This document shows, one piece after another, positions 1-9,348 of a stretch of DNA of 64,000 nucleotides. A model generated the notes under the pieces. The model was not told the DNA's origin and did no database searches. It saw only the letters and a list, made by a program, of their open reading frames with translations. This DNA is from Candidatus Limnocylindria bacterium (lineage in GTDB: Bacteria; Chloroflexota; Limnocylindria; P2-11E), in the NCBI GenBank assembly GCA_038207785.1, contig JBBQZK010000001.1:76149-140148 (forward strand), read 5' to 3'. Each line of letters starts with the position of its first letter. Within the stretch, counting starts at the first letter, position 1. Made by a program: the position numbers and the translations under genes.

Positions 1-2
1 TC

Positions 3-647
3 GCGCTCTCGTTCCTCGGATCGCTCGGGCTGACGCCGGGCCGGGTCGCCCGAACAGCCGCCACGGTCCGGTTCCCGCGCGCGTTCTGGGTGCTGCTCAC
101 GCTTGCGCCGGTCGGCGCGTTCGTCGCCGTGCTGCCGACGCCGCTCCTGCCGGTATACGTCCGCGATGTCGCGGGATCGCCACTGGAGCTCGTCGGCGTC
201 TACATCGCGTGCGTGAGCCTGGGGTCCGCGCTCTTCTCGGCCGGGGGTGGCCGGCTGGCCGATCGCGTTGGCCCGGCGCCCGCGGTGCTCGCGAACGCTC
301 TCGTCCTCACGGTCGGATGCGTCATCGCCGCGCTGCTGGCGTCGAGCGGGATCCTGGTCGCGATCGGCCTCGTTCTGACCGGGGCGAACGTCGCGTCGAA
401 CCCCGTGATGGCCGCGCTGCTCGAGCGGGTCGTCCCGCGAGCCCGGGCGTCCGTCGGCTACGCCGCGTTCCAGCTCGTGTACGCGGTGGGCTTCGGCATC
501 GGCGGCATCGCCGCAGGTTCCCTATACGACGCGGACGCGCATCTGCCGCTCGTCGTCACGATCGCGCTCGCGTTGCCGGTCGCGGCGGTCTTCGCCCTGG
601 TCATCACGCGGATCTCGCGCGCTCCGGCGACCGCGGCCGCGGGTTAG
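3..647 (+). CDS. MFS transporter, 5'-truncated by window edge
   Basis: Open frame from position 3; multiple TM segments; MFS motif A-like GRLADRVG. Confidence 0.8.
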   Translation, partial: ALSFLGSLGLTPGRVARTAATVRFPRAFWVLLTLAPVGAFVAVLPTPLLPVYVRDVAGSPLELVGVYIACVSLGSALFSAGGGRLADRVGPAPAVLANALVLTVGCVIAALLASSGILVAIGLVLTGANVASNPVMAALLERVVPRARASVGYAAFQLVYAVGFGIGGIAAGSLYDADAHLPLVVTIALALPVAAVFALVITRISRAPATAAAG

Positions 648-648
648 A

Positions 649-2430
649 TCAGGCCGCAGCGATCCCGATGGCGGCGAGCAGTAGCCGGCGCTGCAGCTCG
701 AGCGCGGCGGGGACGGTCGGGCCGAGCTTCGCGAACCAATCGCCATGCGTGCCCAGCTCGGCCGCCCACTCGGCCGGATCGACGCGCAGCGCCGCGGACA
801 AGCGTTCGGGAGCGACATCGAGGTCGGTGAGGTCGAGGTCGCTCGGGCGCGGCGCCCAGCCGACCGGGGTCTCGATCGCGCCCGCACGTCCCGTGGAGCG
901 GCCGATGATCCACTCGAGGAGCCGCATGTTCTCCCCGTAGCCGGGCCAGAGGTACGTGCCGGCGGCGTCCTTCCGGAACCAGTTCACCAGGAAGATCTTC
1001 GGAGGATCGGTGATGAGCGCCGACATCTCGAGCCAGTGCGCGAAGTAGGTACCCATGTCATATCCACAGAAGGCCAGCATCGCCATCGGATCGCGCCGGA
1101 TCACCCCGACGGCCCCGGTCGTTGCCGCGGTCGTTTCGGCCCCTGCGGTCGCGCCCAGATACACGCCTTCCGTCCAATTGAATGACTGCAGGACGAGGGG
1201 CACGGTCGTCGAACGGCGGCCACCGAACAGGATCGCCGAGATCGGCACACCCTTTGGATCCTCCGCGAAGCGGGACAGCGCCGGGTTGTTGGCCATCTGC
1301 GCGGTGAACCGACTGTTCGGATGCGCGGCGTACTCACGCGAGCCCTTGGTCCAGGGGCGCCCGCGCCAATCCGTGAGGCGCTCCGGCACCGCACCGTCCA
1401 TGCCCTCCCACCACACGTCGTTGTCGGGCGTCAGCGCGACGTTCGTGAAGAAGGCATCGCGTTCGAGCGTGCGCATCGCGTTCGGGGCGGTGTGGTAGTT
1501 GGTGCCCGGCGCGACGCCAAAGAAGCCGAACTCGGGGTTCACCGCGTAGAGGCGGCCATCCTCGCCGACGCGCATCCACGCGATGTCGTCGCCGACAGTC
1601 CGGATCTTCCAGGCCTTCAACGCGGGGGGCGGGACGAGCATCGCGAGGTTCGTCTTCCCGGACGCGCTGGGGAACGCTCCGGCGATGAAGTGCGTCTCGC
1701 CTTCAGGACTCTCGGCTTCCAGCAGCATCATGTGCTCGGCCAGCCAGCCCTCGTTCCGCGCCTGATAGCTCGCGATCCGCAACGCGAGGCACTTCTTGCC
1801 GAGCAGCGCGTTACCGCCGTATCCGGAGCCCACGGACCAGATCGTGTCGTCCTGCGGGAAGTGACAGATGAACCGTCGCTCCGGATCGCAATCCGCGACG
1901 GAGTGCAACCCGCGATTGAAGTCGTCAGAGGTGCCGAGACGATCGAGCGCGACCTGGCCCATCCTGGCCATCATGCGCATGTTGAGCACGACGTAGATCG
2001 AGTCGGTCAGCTCGATGCCGACCTTCGCGAACGGCGAATCGTGCGCGCCCATGACGTAGGGCACGACGTACATCGTGCGACCGGTCATCGCGCCATCGAA
2101 GATGGCCCCGAGCTTCCGGTAGGCGTTGGCCGGCTCCATCCAGTTGTTCGTCGGCCCGGCCTCCGCCTTTGTCGGCGTGCAGACGAACGTGAGCTCTTCG
2201 GTGCGGGCGACGTCGTTGGGGTTCGAGCGGTGGAGGTAGGAGTTCGGTCGCAGCTGTTCGTTCAGCGGGATCATCACGCCGGTGGCGATCGCCTCCTCGA
2301 GGAGGGCCTTCGCCTCCTCCGCCGATCCGTCGCACCAGTAGATCTGGTCGGGCATGCACAGCTTGGCCATGTCGTTCACCCACGAGACGACGTGGCTATT
2401 CGAATACGCGCGATCCTTCACGGCGAGCAC
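649..2430 (-). CDS. pckG: Phosphoenolpyruvate carboxykinase (GTP)
   Basis: SGYGGNALLGKKC, FPSASGKTNLAM, VGDDIAW, HPNSRF motifs; GTG at 2430 preceded by GAAGGAG RBS (the ORF-track start at 2526 is probably too long). Confidence 0.95.
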   Translation of the reverse strand: MLAVKDRAYSNSHVVSWVNDMAKLCMPDQIYWCDGSAEEAKALLEEAIATGVMIPLNEQLRPNSYLHRSNPNDVARTEELTFVCTPTKAEAGPTNNWMEPANAYRKLGAIFDGAMTGRTMYVVPYVMGAHDSPFAKVGIELTDSIYVVLNMRMMARMGQVALDRLGTSDDFNRGLHSVADCDPERRFICHFPQDDTIWSVGSGYGGNALLGKKCLALRIASYQARNEGWLAEHMMLLEAESPEGETHFIAGAFPSASGKTNLAMLVPPPALKAWKIRTVGDDIAWMRVGEDGRLYAVNPEFGFFGVAPGTNYHTAPNAMRTLERDAFFTNVALTPDNDVWWEGMDGAVPERLTDWRGRPWTKGSREYAAHPNSRFTAQMANNPALSRFAEDPKGVPISAILFGGRRSTTVPLVLQSFNWTEGVYLGATAGAETTAATTGAVGVIRRDPMAMLAFCGYDMGTYFAHWLEMSALITDPPKIFLVNWFRKDAAGTYLWPGYGENMRLLEWIIGRSTGRAGAIETPVGWAPRPSDLDLTDLDVAPERLSAALRVDPAEWAAELGTHGDWFAKLGPTVPAALELQRRLLLAAIGIAAA

Positions 2431-2476
2431 ATCGATCTCCTTCGGCGACGAAGAACGCAAGAATATCGTCCGCGGC

Positions 2477-5140
2477 CTACGCGGTCTGCACGGCTCCGTC
2501 GCGCGCGTACGCCACCGCTTCGGCATCCGTCATCGCGAGGCCACGCTCCAGGGCAGCGCGATGGTCCGGGTCGATGTCGCCCGGGCCTGCCCGTTCCTCC
2601 GTCGTCTGGATCATGGTCGCCAGGCCCACGCCCGTCCGTGCAGCGACCGTGCTGGCGGCGCCGACGAGCGTCGCGTGGCGGTCGAGGTCGCCGCGCACCT
2701 TCGCGAGCTCCGCGAAGTTGCTCAACATGATGACGATGCCACTCGAGTCCCCGGCCTCCATGAACGACTGGAGTGCCTCGAGCCATCTCCGGCCCGCGCT
2801 ATCAGTTTCGCCGAGCTTCAGCTCCGCGAGACCGAGCCCGTGAAGGTCCCAGGCCAGGTCAAATCGGTTCCCGAGCGCTTGATGCCCCGCCTGCGCCAGG
2901 TTGATATAGGTCTTCGCATCCACCAGCTCGGCTCGGGTGCGGCCGACGCCCTGCGCGTGCATGGTGCCGAGCGCCCACGCCGCTCGCGCGACGCCCGAGG
3001 GATCATCCAGCGCGCGGAAGGCGGCAAGGCTCTCTTGAAGCATCGCGTCCCCCTGCGGGTCATCACGGGTCACCATGCTTCGGATGAAGAACGTGAACGC
3101 GTAGTTGTAGGCAGCCTGCGCGCGATCGGCCAGGGTGCCGCTCGCAGTCGCAAGCTCGTACGCCTCGCGATACCGGCTGCGGGTCAGGTCCTCGTCGGCG
3201 CTCCAGTACGCGATCCCGCCGGCAGCTTCGAGCGCGCGAAGGCGCTGCCCGGGCGTAGCGCCCGCGAGGTCGAGCACGCGCGCGGCCCAGACGGCCGCCT
3301 CCCGGAGATACCCTCTGGCTTGCCAGAACCGCCACAACGCGGAGAGGAGCCGGGTCGCCTCTTCCGTGCGGCCCGCGACGATCGCGACGTCCAATGCCGC
3401 GCGCAGGTTGTCGTGTTCGAGCTCGACCGCGTCGAGCCGGCGCTTCTGGTCGGCACCTTGGAGCTCCGGCGCCGCCCGCTCCGCAAGCTCGAGATACGCG
3501 GCGCAGTGGCGTTGCCGCACGAGGTCCAGCTCACTGCCCGCCGCAAGCTTCTCCATCGCGTAGTCGCGGATCGTGACGAGCATCCGGAACCGCGGCTCGC
3601 CGTCGACGTCGCTCTGACGGAGCAGGCTCTGGTCGACGAGCTCGCTGAGCCCGTCAAGTGGCTCGCGGCCCACCTCGCTCGCGGGACCGCACACGGCCTC
3701 GAGCTGCTCGAGCATCGCTCCGTTCACGAAAGCGGCGCAGCGCGCGAAGAGCCGCTGCATGCCGGGATCGAGGAGGTCGTAGCTCCACGCGATCGCACCG
3801 CGGAGGGTGCGCTGGCGATCGGTCCGGTCGCGCGCCGTGCTCGCGAGCAGGTCCAGTCCCTGCTTGAGCCGGGGCAGCATCGCTTGCGGAGTCAGCAACT
3901 TGATGCGGGCCGCCGCGAGCTCGATCGCGAGCGGCAGGCCTTCGAGATGGAACACGATCTCGGCGACCGGGGCCGCGTTCAGAGCCGTGACCATGAAGTC
4001 CGGCTTCACCGCGCGCGCGCGATCGACGAACAGCCGGACGGCGTCCGACTGCGCCAGCACTTCCAGTGACGGGAGGCGCTCCGGATCCGGGAGCTCGAGT
4101 GGTGGCACGGGAAGCTCCTGCTCGCCGCCGACGCGGAGGGGGGCGCGGCTCGACGTGACGACCTTCACCAGTGGCGCCGCATCGAGCAGCGTCGTGACGG
4201 CCGGCGCGGCGGCCAGGATCTGCTCGAAGTTGTCGAGCACGAGCAGCATCCGCTTGTCGCGCAAATGCTCGGCGACGCGCGCCAGCGGCGACTCGTTGCC
4301 GCCCACCTGCACGCCGAGGGAATGCGCGATGGTCGATGGGACCAGGTCCGGGTCGCTGAGCGGCGCGAGCGGCACCCAGAAGGTGCCGTCCGGGAATTGC
4401 GGGCCCGCCTCCGCGGCGATCTGCAGCGACAGGCGCGTCTTGCCGGTCCCGCCTGGTCCGGTGAGCGTCAGCAGCCGCGTGCCGTCCAAGAGGCGCAGTC
4501 CGTCGCGGATCTCCGTCTCGCGGCCGATGAAGGTCGTCGCCTGGGTCGGCAGGTTGTTCGGGGTGCGATCCAGTGTGCGCAGCGCGGGAAAGTCGTTTGC
4601 GCAGCCATCGATCATGAGCTGGAACACGTGTTCCGGCCTGGTCAGGTCTTTGAGTCGATGCTCGCCGAGGTCGCGCAGCGCGACACCGCTCGGCAGATCC
4701 TGGCCTGCGAGCATCCGTGTCGCGGCCGAGGCGAGCACCTGCCCGCCGTGGGCGATGGCGGCGATCCGCGCCGCGCGGTGGACGTCGATGCCGACGTAAT
4801 CCGCACCCGCGCGCTCGCTCGCGGGCGTGCCCTCTCCGGTGTGCATCCCCATCCGCACGCGGACCGTCGCGCCATGCGGGAACGTGGTCGCGGCGAGCGC
4901 CCGCTGCGCGGCGGCGGCGCCCGCGAGCGCGTCCTGCGCGGTCGCGAACACCATGAACAGCGCATCGCCCTCGATGCGGACCTCGCGACCTTTCGCGAAC
5001 GCGTTCCGGAGCGCCTCCGTGTGGACCTCGAGCACCTCGTGAAACCGCTCGGTGCCGAGGGCGGCGAGCAGCTTCGTCGACCCCTCGATGTCGGTGAACA
5101 GGAAGGTGAGGGTGCCGCGCGGGAGCGGGTCGGTCGCCAC
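2477..5140 (-). CDS. Class III adenylate/guanylate cyclase + STAND/NB-ARC-like ATPase + TPR-like helical domain
   Basis: TFLFTDIEGST, EGDALF, RVRMGMHTG, DVHRAARI (cyclase); GPGGTGKT, LLVLDNFEQ, GLPLAIELAA (STAND); start taken at GTG 5140. Confidence 0.9.
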   Translation of the reverse strand: MATDPLPRGTLTFLFTDIEGSTKLLAALGTERFHEVLEVHTEALRNAFAKGREVRIEGDALFMVFATAQDALAGAAAAQRALAATTFPHGATVRVRMGMHTGEGTPASERAGADYVGIDVHRAARIAAIAHGGQVLASAATRMLAGQDLPSGVALRDLGEHRLKDLTRPEHVFQLMIDGCANDFPALRTLDRTPNNLPTQATTFIGRETEIRDGLRLLDGTRLLTLTGPGGTGKTRLSLQIAAEAGPQFPDGTFWVPLAPLSDPDLVPSTIAHSLGVQVGGNESPLARVAEHLRDKRMLLVLDNFEQILAAAPAVTTLLDAAPLVKVVTSSRAPLRVGGEQELPVPPLELPDPERLPSLEVLAQSDAVRLFVDRARAVKPDFMVTALNAAPVAEIVFHLEGLPLAIELAAARIKLLTPQAMLPRLKQGLDLLASTARDRTDRQRTLRGAIAWSYDLLDPGMQRLFARCAAFVNGAMLEQLEAVCGPASEVGREPLDGLSELVDQSLLRQSDVDGEPRFRMLVTIRDYAMEKLAAGSELDLVRQRHCAAYLELAERAAPELQGADQKRRLDAVELEHDNLRAALDVAIVAGRTEEATRLLSALWRFWQARGYLREAAVWAARVLDLAGATPGQRLRALEAAGGIAYWSADEDLTRSRYREAYELATASGTLADRAQAAYNYAFTFFIRSMVTRDDPQGDAMLQESLAAFRALDDPSGVARAAWALGTMHAQGVGRTRAELVDAKTYINLAQAGHQALGNRFDLAWDLHGLGLAELKLGETDSAGRRWLEALQSFMEAGDSSGIVIMLSNFAELAKVRGDLDRHATLVGAASTVAARTGVGLATMIQTTEERAGPGDIDPDHRAALERGLAMTDAEAVAYARDGAVQTA

Positions 5141-5206
5141 TCGGTCAATTGTCCCCTCGCGACCGGCCGGTTGCCAGCCCGCCCGTCCGCCCGTTAGACC
5201 TGCGGC

Positions 5207-5632
5207 ATGGCCACCACCAGAAGCGACCTGACCGAGACCCTGGCGGGGAACTCGCTGTTCGCCGACGTCGGCGCGGCGGAGCTGAACTCGATCGCCCACA
5301 TCGTCGAGGAGCGCCGCTATGCGGAGGGCGAGCGGATCATCCGTCAAGGCATCTCTGGCTCGGCGTTCTACATCATCCTCGAAGGCGAGGCGGCGATCCG
5401 CGTCAGCGGCAAGGACTACGGCACGCTCGGACGAGGCGAGTTCTTTGGCGAGATCTCGGCGCTGCTCGGCGAGCCTCCGGTGGCGGATATCGTCGCGCTC
5501 CACATGCTTCGCTGCGCGATCATCCCGGCGCCGGCATTGGAGGCGTTCATGCTTGGCCACCCGACGGTGCTGTACCGGATGCTCAAGGCGGAGACCCGGA
5601 AGCTCCAGAAGGCGACCAGCTGGCGCACGTAG
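5207..5632 (+). CDS. Stand-alone cyclic nucleotide-binding (CAP/CRP-effector) domain protein
   Basis: LFAD...GERIIRQG..G..FYIILEGEA...LGRGEFFGEISAL; no HTH. Confidence 0.88.
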   Translation: MATTRSDLTETLAGNSLFADVGAAELNSIAHIVEERRYAEGERIIRQGISGSAFYIILEGEAAIRVSGKDYGTLGRGEFFGEISALLGEPPVADIVALHMLRCAIIPAPALEAFMLGHPTVLYRMLKAETRKLQKATSWRT

Positions 5633-5637
5633 CCGCC

Positions 5638-7116
5638 GTGCATCCGCCTGGCGAGTACCCGGTCGTCGTCGTCGGTAGCGGACCGGGGGGGCTGCAGCTT
5701 TCGTATTCGCTCGGCCGCGCTGGCGTCCCGCACGCGGTCATCTCCGCGGACCCGTCGCCGGGCGGCATGTTCCGGAAGTGGCCGTTCTTCCAGCGCCTCC
5801 TCTCGTGGACGAAGCCGTATGCGCCCGAGGAACGAGGCACCCGCTACTACGAGCGCTACGACTGGAACTCGCTCATCGGCGAGGAGGACCGGTTGCGCGC
5901 GATCCAGCCCGGGCTGATGGACGGTTCGTCGTACTTTCCCGCGCGCGCCGAGATGGAGCAGAACCTCGCGACGTTCGCGCGCGACGGCGGGATCGCCGTG
6001 CGGTTCGGCTGCCGCTGGACCGGCACACGGCGCGACGATGACGCGTTCGTCCTCGAGACGACCGACGGCGAGTACCGCTGCCGCGTCCCGGTCTTCGCGT
6101 TCGGGATCTCGCAGCCCTGGAAGCCGGACATCCCCGGCATGGACGCGGTGCCGCACTACGCCGATACGCGCGCGCCGGAGACCTACGCCGGGAAGCGGAT
6201 CCTCATCATCGGCAAGGAGGTCTCGGCCTTCGAGCTCGCCAACGGCTTCCTGCCGTGGGCCAAACAGATCATCCTCGCGTCGCCCCGACCGGTCACCCTC
6301 TCCGTGGTGTCGAGATCGCTCGTCGGTGTGCGCGCCAGATACGTGCAGCCGTATGAGGACCACGTCCTCGGTGGCGGCGTCGTGCTGGTGAACGCGTCGA
6401 TCGACGGCGTGGACCGCACCCCACAGGGCTTCCGGGTCCGCACGTCGCGCAGCGACGGCGGGGGTCAGCTCGTCTTCGAGGTCGACGACGTCATCGCGAC
6501 GACCGGGTTCACGCCGCCGCTCGGGGATCTGCCCGAGCTCGGCGTGCCGGTGAGCGGGCGCGAGCGGATCCCGTCGCAGACGCCCCTGTTCGAGAGCATC
6601 GGGGTCCCGAACATGTATTTCGCGGGCACCGCCACGCGCGGGGCCGCCGGCCTCAAGAAGCACGGGCTACCGAGCAGCTCGGGCGCTGTCCACGGCCATC
6701 GCTACAACGCGCGGATCCTCGCGCGGCATATCGCCCAGAAGTACTTCGGCATCGACCCGGCCCGGCCGCAGCTCAAGGCCGACGAAGTGCTCCCCTACCT
6801 GTTGCGCGAGGTGACGCGCGCGCCGGAGCTGTGGCACCAAAAGTCGTACCTCTCGCGCACGATCCTGGCCGACAGGACGCGCGGGATCATCGACGACGGC
6901 ATCCTTCCGCTGCAGCTCTTCGTCGACAGCGACGGGCCCGACGGCGTCGCGGTCGCCGTCGAGGCGAACCATGCCGGCGACCTCTATCCGGCGATCTACG
7001 TCCGGAAGGACAACGCGATCAGCGAGCACCTGCTGCCGTCGAACCCGCTGTTGGACTTCGAGACCGGCGATCACCGAAAGCAGCTCGCCGGTGCGCTGGC
7101 GCCGCTCGGCCTCTAG
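5638..7116 (+). CDS. FAD/NAD(P)-dependent oxidoreductase, FOXRED2/FMO-like
   Basis: VVVVGSGPGG FAD fold, second fold ILIIGKEVSAFE, ATTGF, RYDWNSL, VHGHRYNAR; start uncertain (GTG 5638 or CTG 5620 overlapping the upstream gene). Confidence 0.8.
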   Translation: MHPPGEYPVVVVGSGPGGLQLSYSLGRAGVPHAVISADPSPGGMFRKWPFFQRLLSWTKPYAPEERGTRYYERYDWNSLIGEEDRLRAIQPGLMDGSSYFPARAEMEQNLATFARDGGIAVRFGCRWTGTRRDDDAFVLETTDGEYRCRVPVFAFGISQPWKPDIPGMDAVPHYADTRAPETYAGKRILIIGKEVSAFELANGFLPWAKQIILASPRPVTLSVVSRSLVGVRARYVQPYEDHVLGGGVVLVNASIDGVDRTPQGFRVRTSRSDGGGQLVFEVDDVIATTGFTPPLGDLPELGVPVSGRERIPSQTPLFESIGVPNMYFAGTATRGAAGLKKHGLPSSSGAVHGHRYNARILARHIAQKYFGIDPARPQLKADEVLPYLLREVTRAPELWHQKSYLSRTILADRTRGIIDDGILPLQLFVDSDGPDGVAVAVEANHAGDLYPAIYVRKDNAISEHLLPSNPLLDFETGDHRKQLAGALAPLGL

Positions 7117-8681
7117 GCGGCCGCGGGCTCCGGGACGTCACCCTGCGGCACCGCCGGGCGGTTCACTATGCCAACGGCATTCACCGCTGCTCCGATCCCG
7201 AGCAGCAAGGCGGAGATGAACATCGCAAGATGGAACGCGTCCGTCGAGGCCTCACGCTGGGCCAGCGCGGTGCTCGATCCCGGGACCACGTTCAGCGGCG
7301 CGTACGTCTTGCGGACCTCGGCGTCGTTCGGGTCGAGCTGCGGCGCGCGATCGTGCAGCCCGGAATAGAAGCTCGTGGTGATCGCGATGAAGATGACGGC
7401 GCCGGCAAGCTGCGGCCCGACGCGTGAGATGGCGTTGTTGATGGCCGACGCCACACCCGAGTTCCGGGGTGGCACGCTCGTCATGAGCGCGGTCGTCAGC
7501 GGCGCGACCATCATCGACACGCCGAGCCCGAACAGCAGCGTGGCGGGCAGGAAGTCGACGAACCAGCTCGCCGGCGGCAGGTAGCTGCCCGGGTCGCCGA
7601 AGGTGAACAGCCACGGGCTGGTGGTCGCCGGAACGCGCAGGTACCAAAGCGTGCCGAGGCACATCAGCGCAGGTCCGACCGTCATGAAGATCCGGGGGCC
7701 GTACCGGCCGGAGAGCGCGCCGAACCGCGAGCTGAAGAACACCAGGAACAGCCCTGTCGGGATGAACCCGAGACCGGCCGCCGCCGCCGTGAAGCCGACG
7801 GTGCCCTGGACGAACAGCGTGGTGAAATAGCCGAGCACGTACAGGGCGCCGTAGATCAGGAACGTCGAGATGTTCGTGATCGTGAAGTTGCGGGACCGGA
7901 ACAGCTCCGGGGGGATCAGCGGATCCGCGCGTCGCGTCATGAGGAACGGCAGCGCGATCGTGGCGAGGGCGCCGACGGCGAGCATGGCGAACCCTGCGGG
8001 ATCCTTCCACTCGCGCTGCTGGCCATAGATCGTGCCGAACGACAGTCCGCCCACGGCGAGCGCGACGACGAAGGCCCCCAGCCAGTCGAACCGGCTCGTC
8101 GCTCCTTCGGCCCGGCTCTCCTGCACGAAGGCGACGGTCGCCCACAGCGCGACGATCAGGAGGGGCACGTTGATGAGGAAGGCCGCGCGCCACGAGATCG
8201 AGTCCACGAGGATCCCGCCGACGAATGGTCCGAGGATCGTCGTCCCCGCCGAGGCCGCGGCCCACAGTCCGAAGGCGCGGCCCTGGGCCTCGCCGCTGAA
8301 CGTGACGGTAATGAGCGCGAGGGAGCCGGGCACCAGCAGCGCACCGGCGACGCCCTGCAGGACCCGGAACAACACGAGCAGCTCGAGATTCGGGGCCAGC
8401 CCGCAGAGCAGGCTGGTGATGAGGAACCCACCAAGCCCCATGACGAACATTCGCTTGCGGCCGTAGAAGTCGTTCAGCGCGCCGGCCAGGATGAGCAGGG
8501 CGGACACCGTCAGCAGGTAGCCGTTGTAGACGTACGACTGCCCCTCCAGCACGCCGAACAACGTGCTCGGCAGCTCGCGCCCGATCTTCGGGAGCGCGAC
8601 GTTGACCACCGTCGAGTCAAGGAACACGATCCCCGATCCGAGGATCGCGGCGATGAGCGTCCACCGCTGGCCCCGCGTCAT
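7113..8681 (-). CDS. MFS transporter, DHA2 (14-TM) drug:H+ antiporter family
   Basis: LDSTVVNVALP, GALNDFYGRKR, RVLQGVAGA, GPFVGGIL. Confidence 0.92.
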   Translation of the reverse strand: MTRGQRWTLIAAILGSGIVFLDSTVVNVALPKIGRELPSTLFGVLEGQSYVYNGYLLTVSALLILAGALNDFYGRKRMFVMGLGGFLITSLLCGLAPNLELLVLFRVLQGVAGALLVPGSLALITVTFSGEAQGRAFGLWAAASAGTTILGPFVGGILVDSISWRAAFLINVPLLIVALWATVAFVQESRAEGATSRFDWLGAFVVALAVGGLSFGTIYGQQREWKDPAGFAMLAVGALATIALPFLMTRRADPLIPPELFRSRNFTITNISTFLIYGALYVLGYFTTLFVQGTVGFTAAAAGLGFIPTGLFLVFFSSRFGALSGRYGPRIFMTVGPALMCLGTLWYLRVPATTSPWLFTFGDPGSYLPPASWFVDFLPATLLFGLGVSMMVAPLTTALMTSVPPRNSGVASAINNAISRVGPQLAGAVIFIAITTSFYSGLHDRAPQLDPNDAEVRKTYAPLNVVPGSSTALAQREASTDAFHLAMFISALLLGIGAAVNAVGIVNRPAVPQGDVPEPAAA

Positions 8682-8688
8682 CCGTTTT

Positions 8689-9348
8689 TCAAGACGGCGC
8701 GCACCACTGGAGCTCGTGGGCGGACGCACCGGGATAAGTCAGCTCCCCCACCTCGATCGCGACCGCAACGCGATTCGCCGGCGGGGCGAGCGGGCAGACC
8801 CACTGCGGGTCGTAGTGACAGCTCGGGTGGTACGCGAAGTTGAAGTCCAAGAGCAACGTGGCCGGAGCGCCTGGGAGCGACCCAAGATCCGCGCCTTTCG
8901 CCGTGTCCAGCAGGTAGCGGCCGCCGCCGTACGTCGTCCGGCCGGAGGTCAGGTCCCGGAACGGCACGAACACGCCGCCACCGTACGCCTCGAGCCAGAA
9001 GACCTCGAGCGAGCCGATGGGCAGATCGACCGCGCCGAACCGGACGAACGGGATGACATCGCCGGTGCTCGTCCCCACGTCGTGGCGCTCGTGGGGCAGC
9101 GGACGCACGGTCGCGCTGAACGCGAAGGCCGCGTCGTACCCGTTGTAGGCGAGCCCGGTGAACTTCGCGCGTTCGTGCGCCGGAAGCGCGGACTGCGGGT
9201 GCGCGCCGAACAGCGCATCGCGCCCGGAGCGCCAGTGCCCGTGCGCGGCGACCGGATCGGTGGGCAGCAGCGCGCGGACCTCCGCATAGAGCGTGTGCAT
9301 GCGGCGGCGGTAGTCGAGGAGCTCCACGTACGCCTCCGCGGCGGTCAC
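8689..9348 (-). CDS. DUF1684 family protein
   Basis: PFRDLTSGRTTYGGGRYL, LDFNFAYHPSC, CPLAP..NR...IEVGE. Confidence 0.88.
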   Translation of the reverse strand: MTAAEAYVELLDYRRRMHTLYAEVRALLPTDPVAAHGHWRSGRDALFGAHPQSALPAHERAKFTGLAYNGYDAAFAFSATVRPLPHERHDVGTSTGDVIPFVRFGAVDLPIGSLEVFWLEAYGGGVFVPFRDLTSGRTTYGGGRYLLDTAKGADLGSLPGAPATLLLDFNFAYHPSCHYDPQWVCPLAPPANRVAVAIEVGELTYPGASAHELQWCAPS

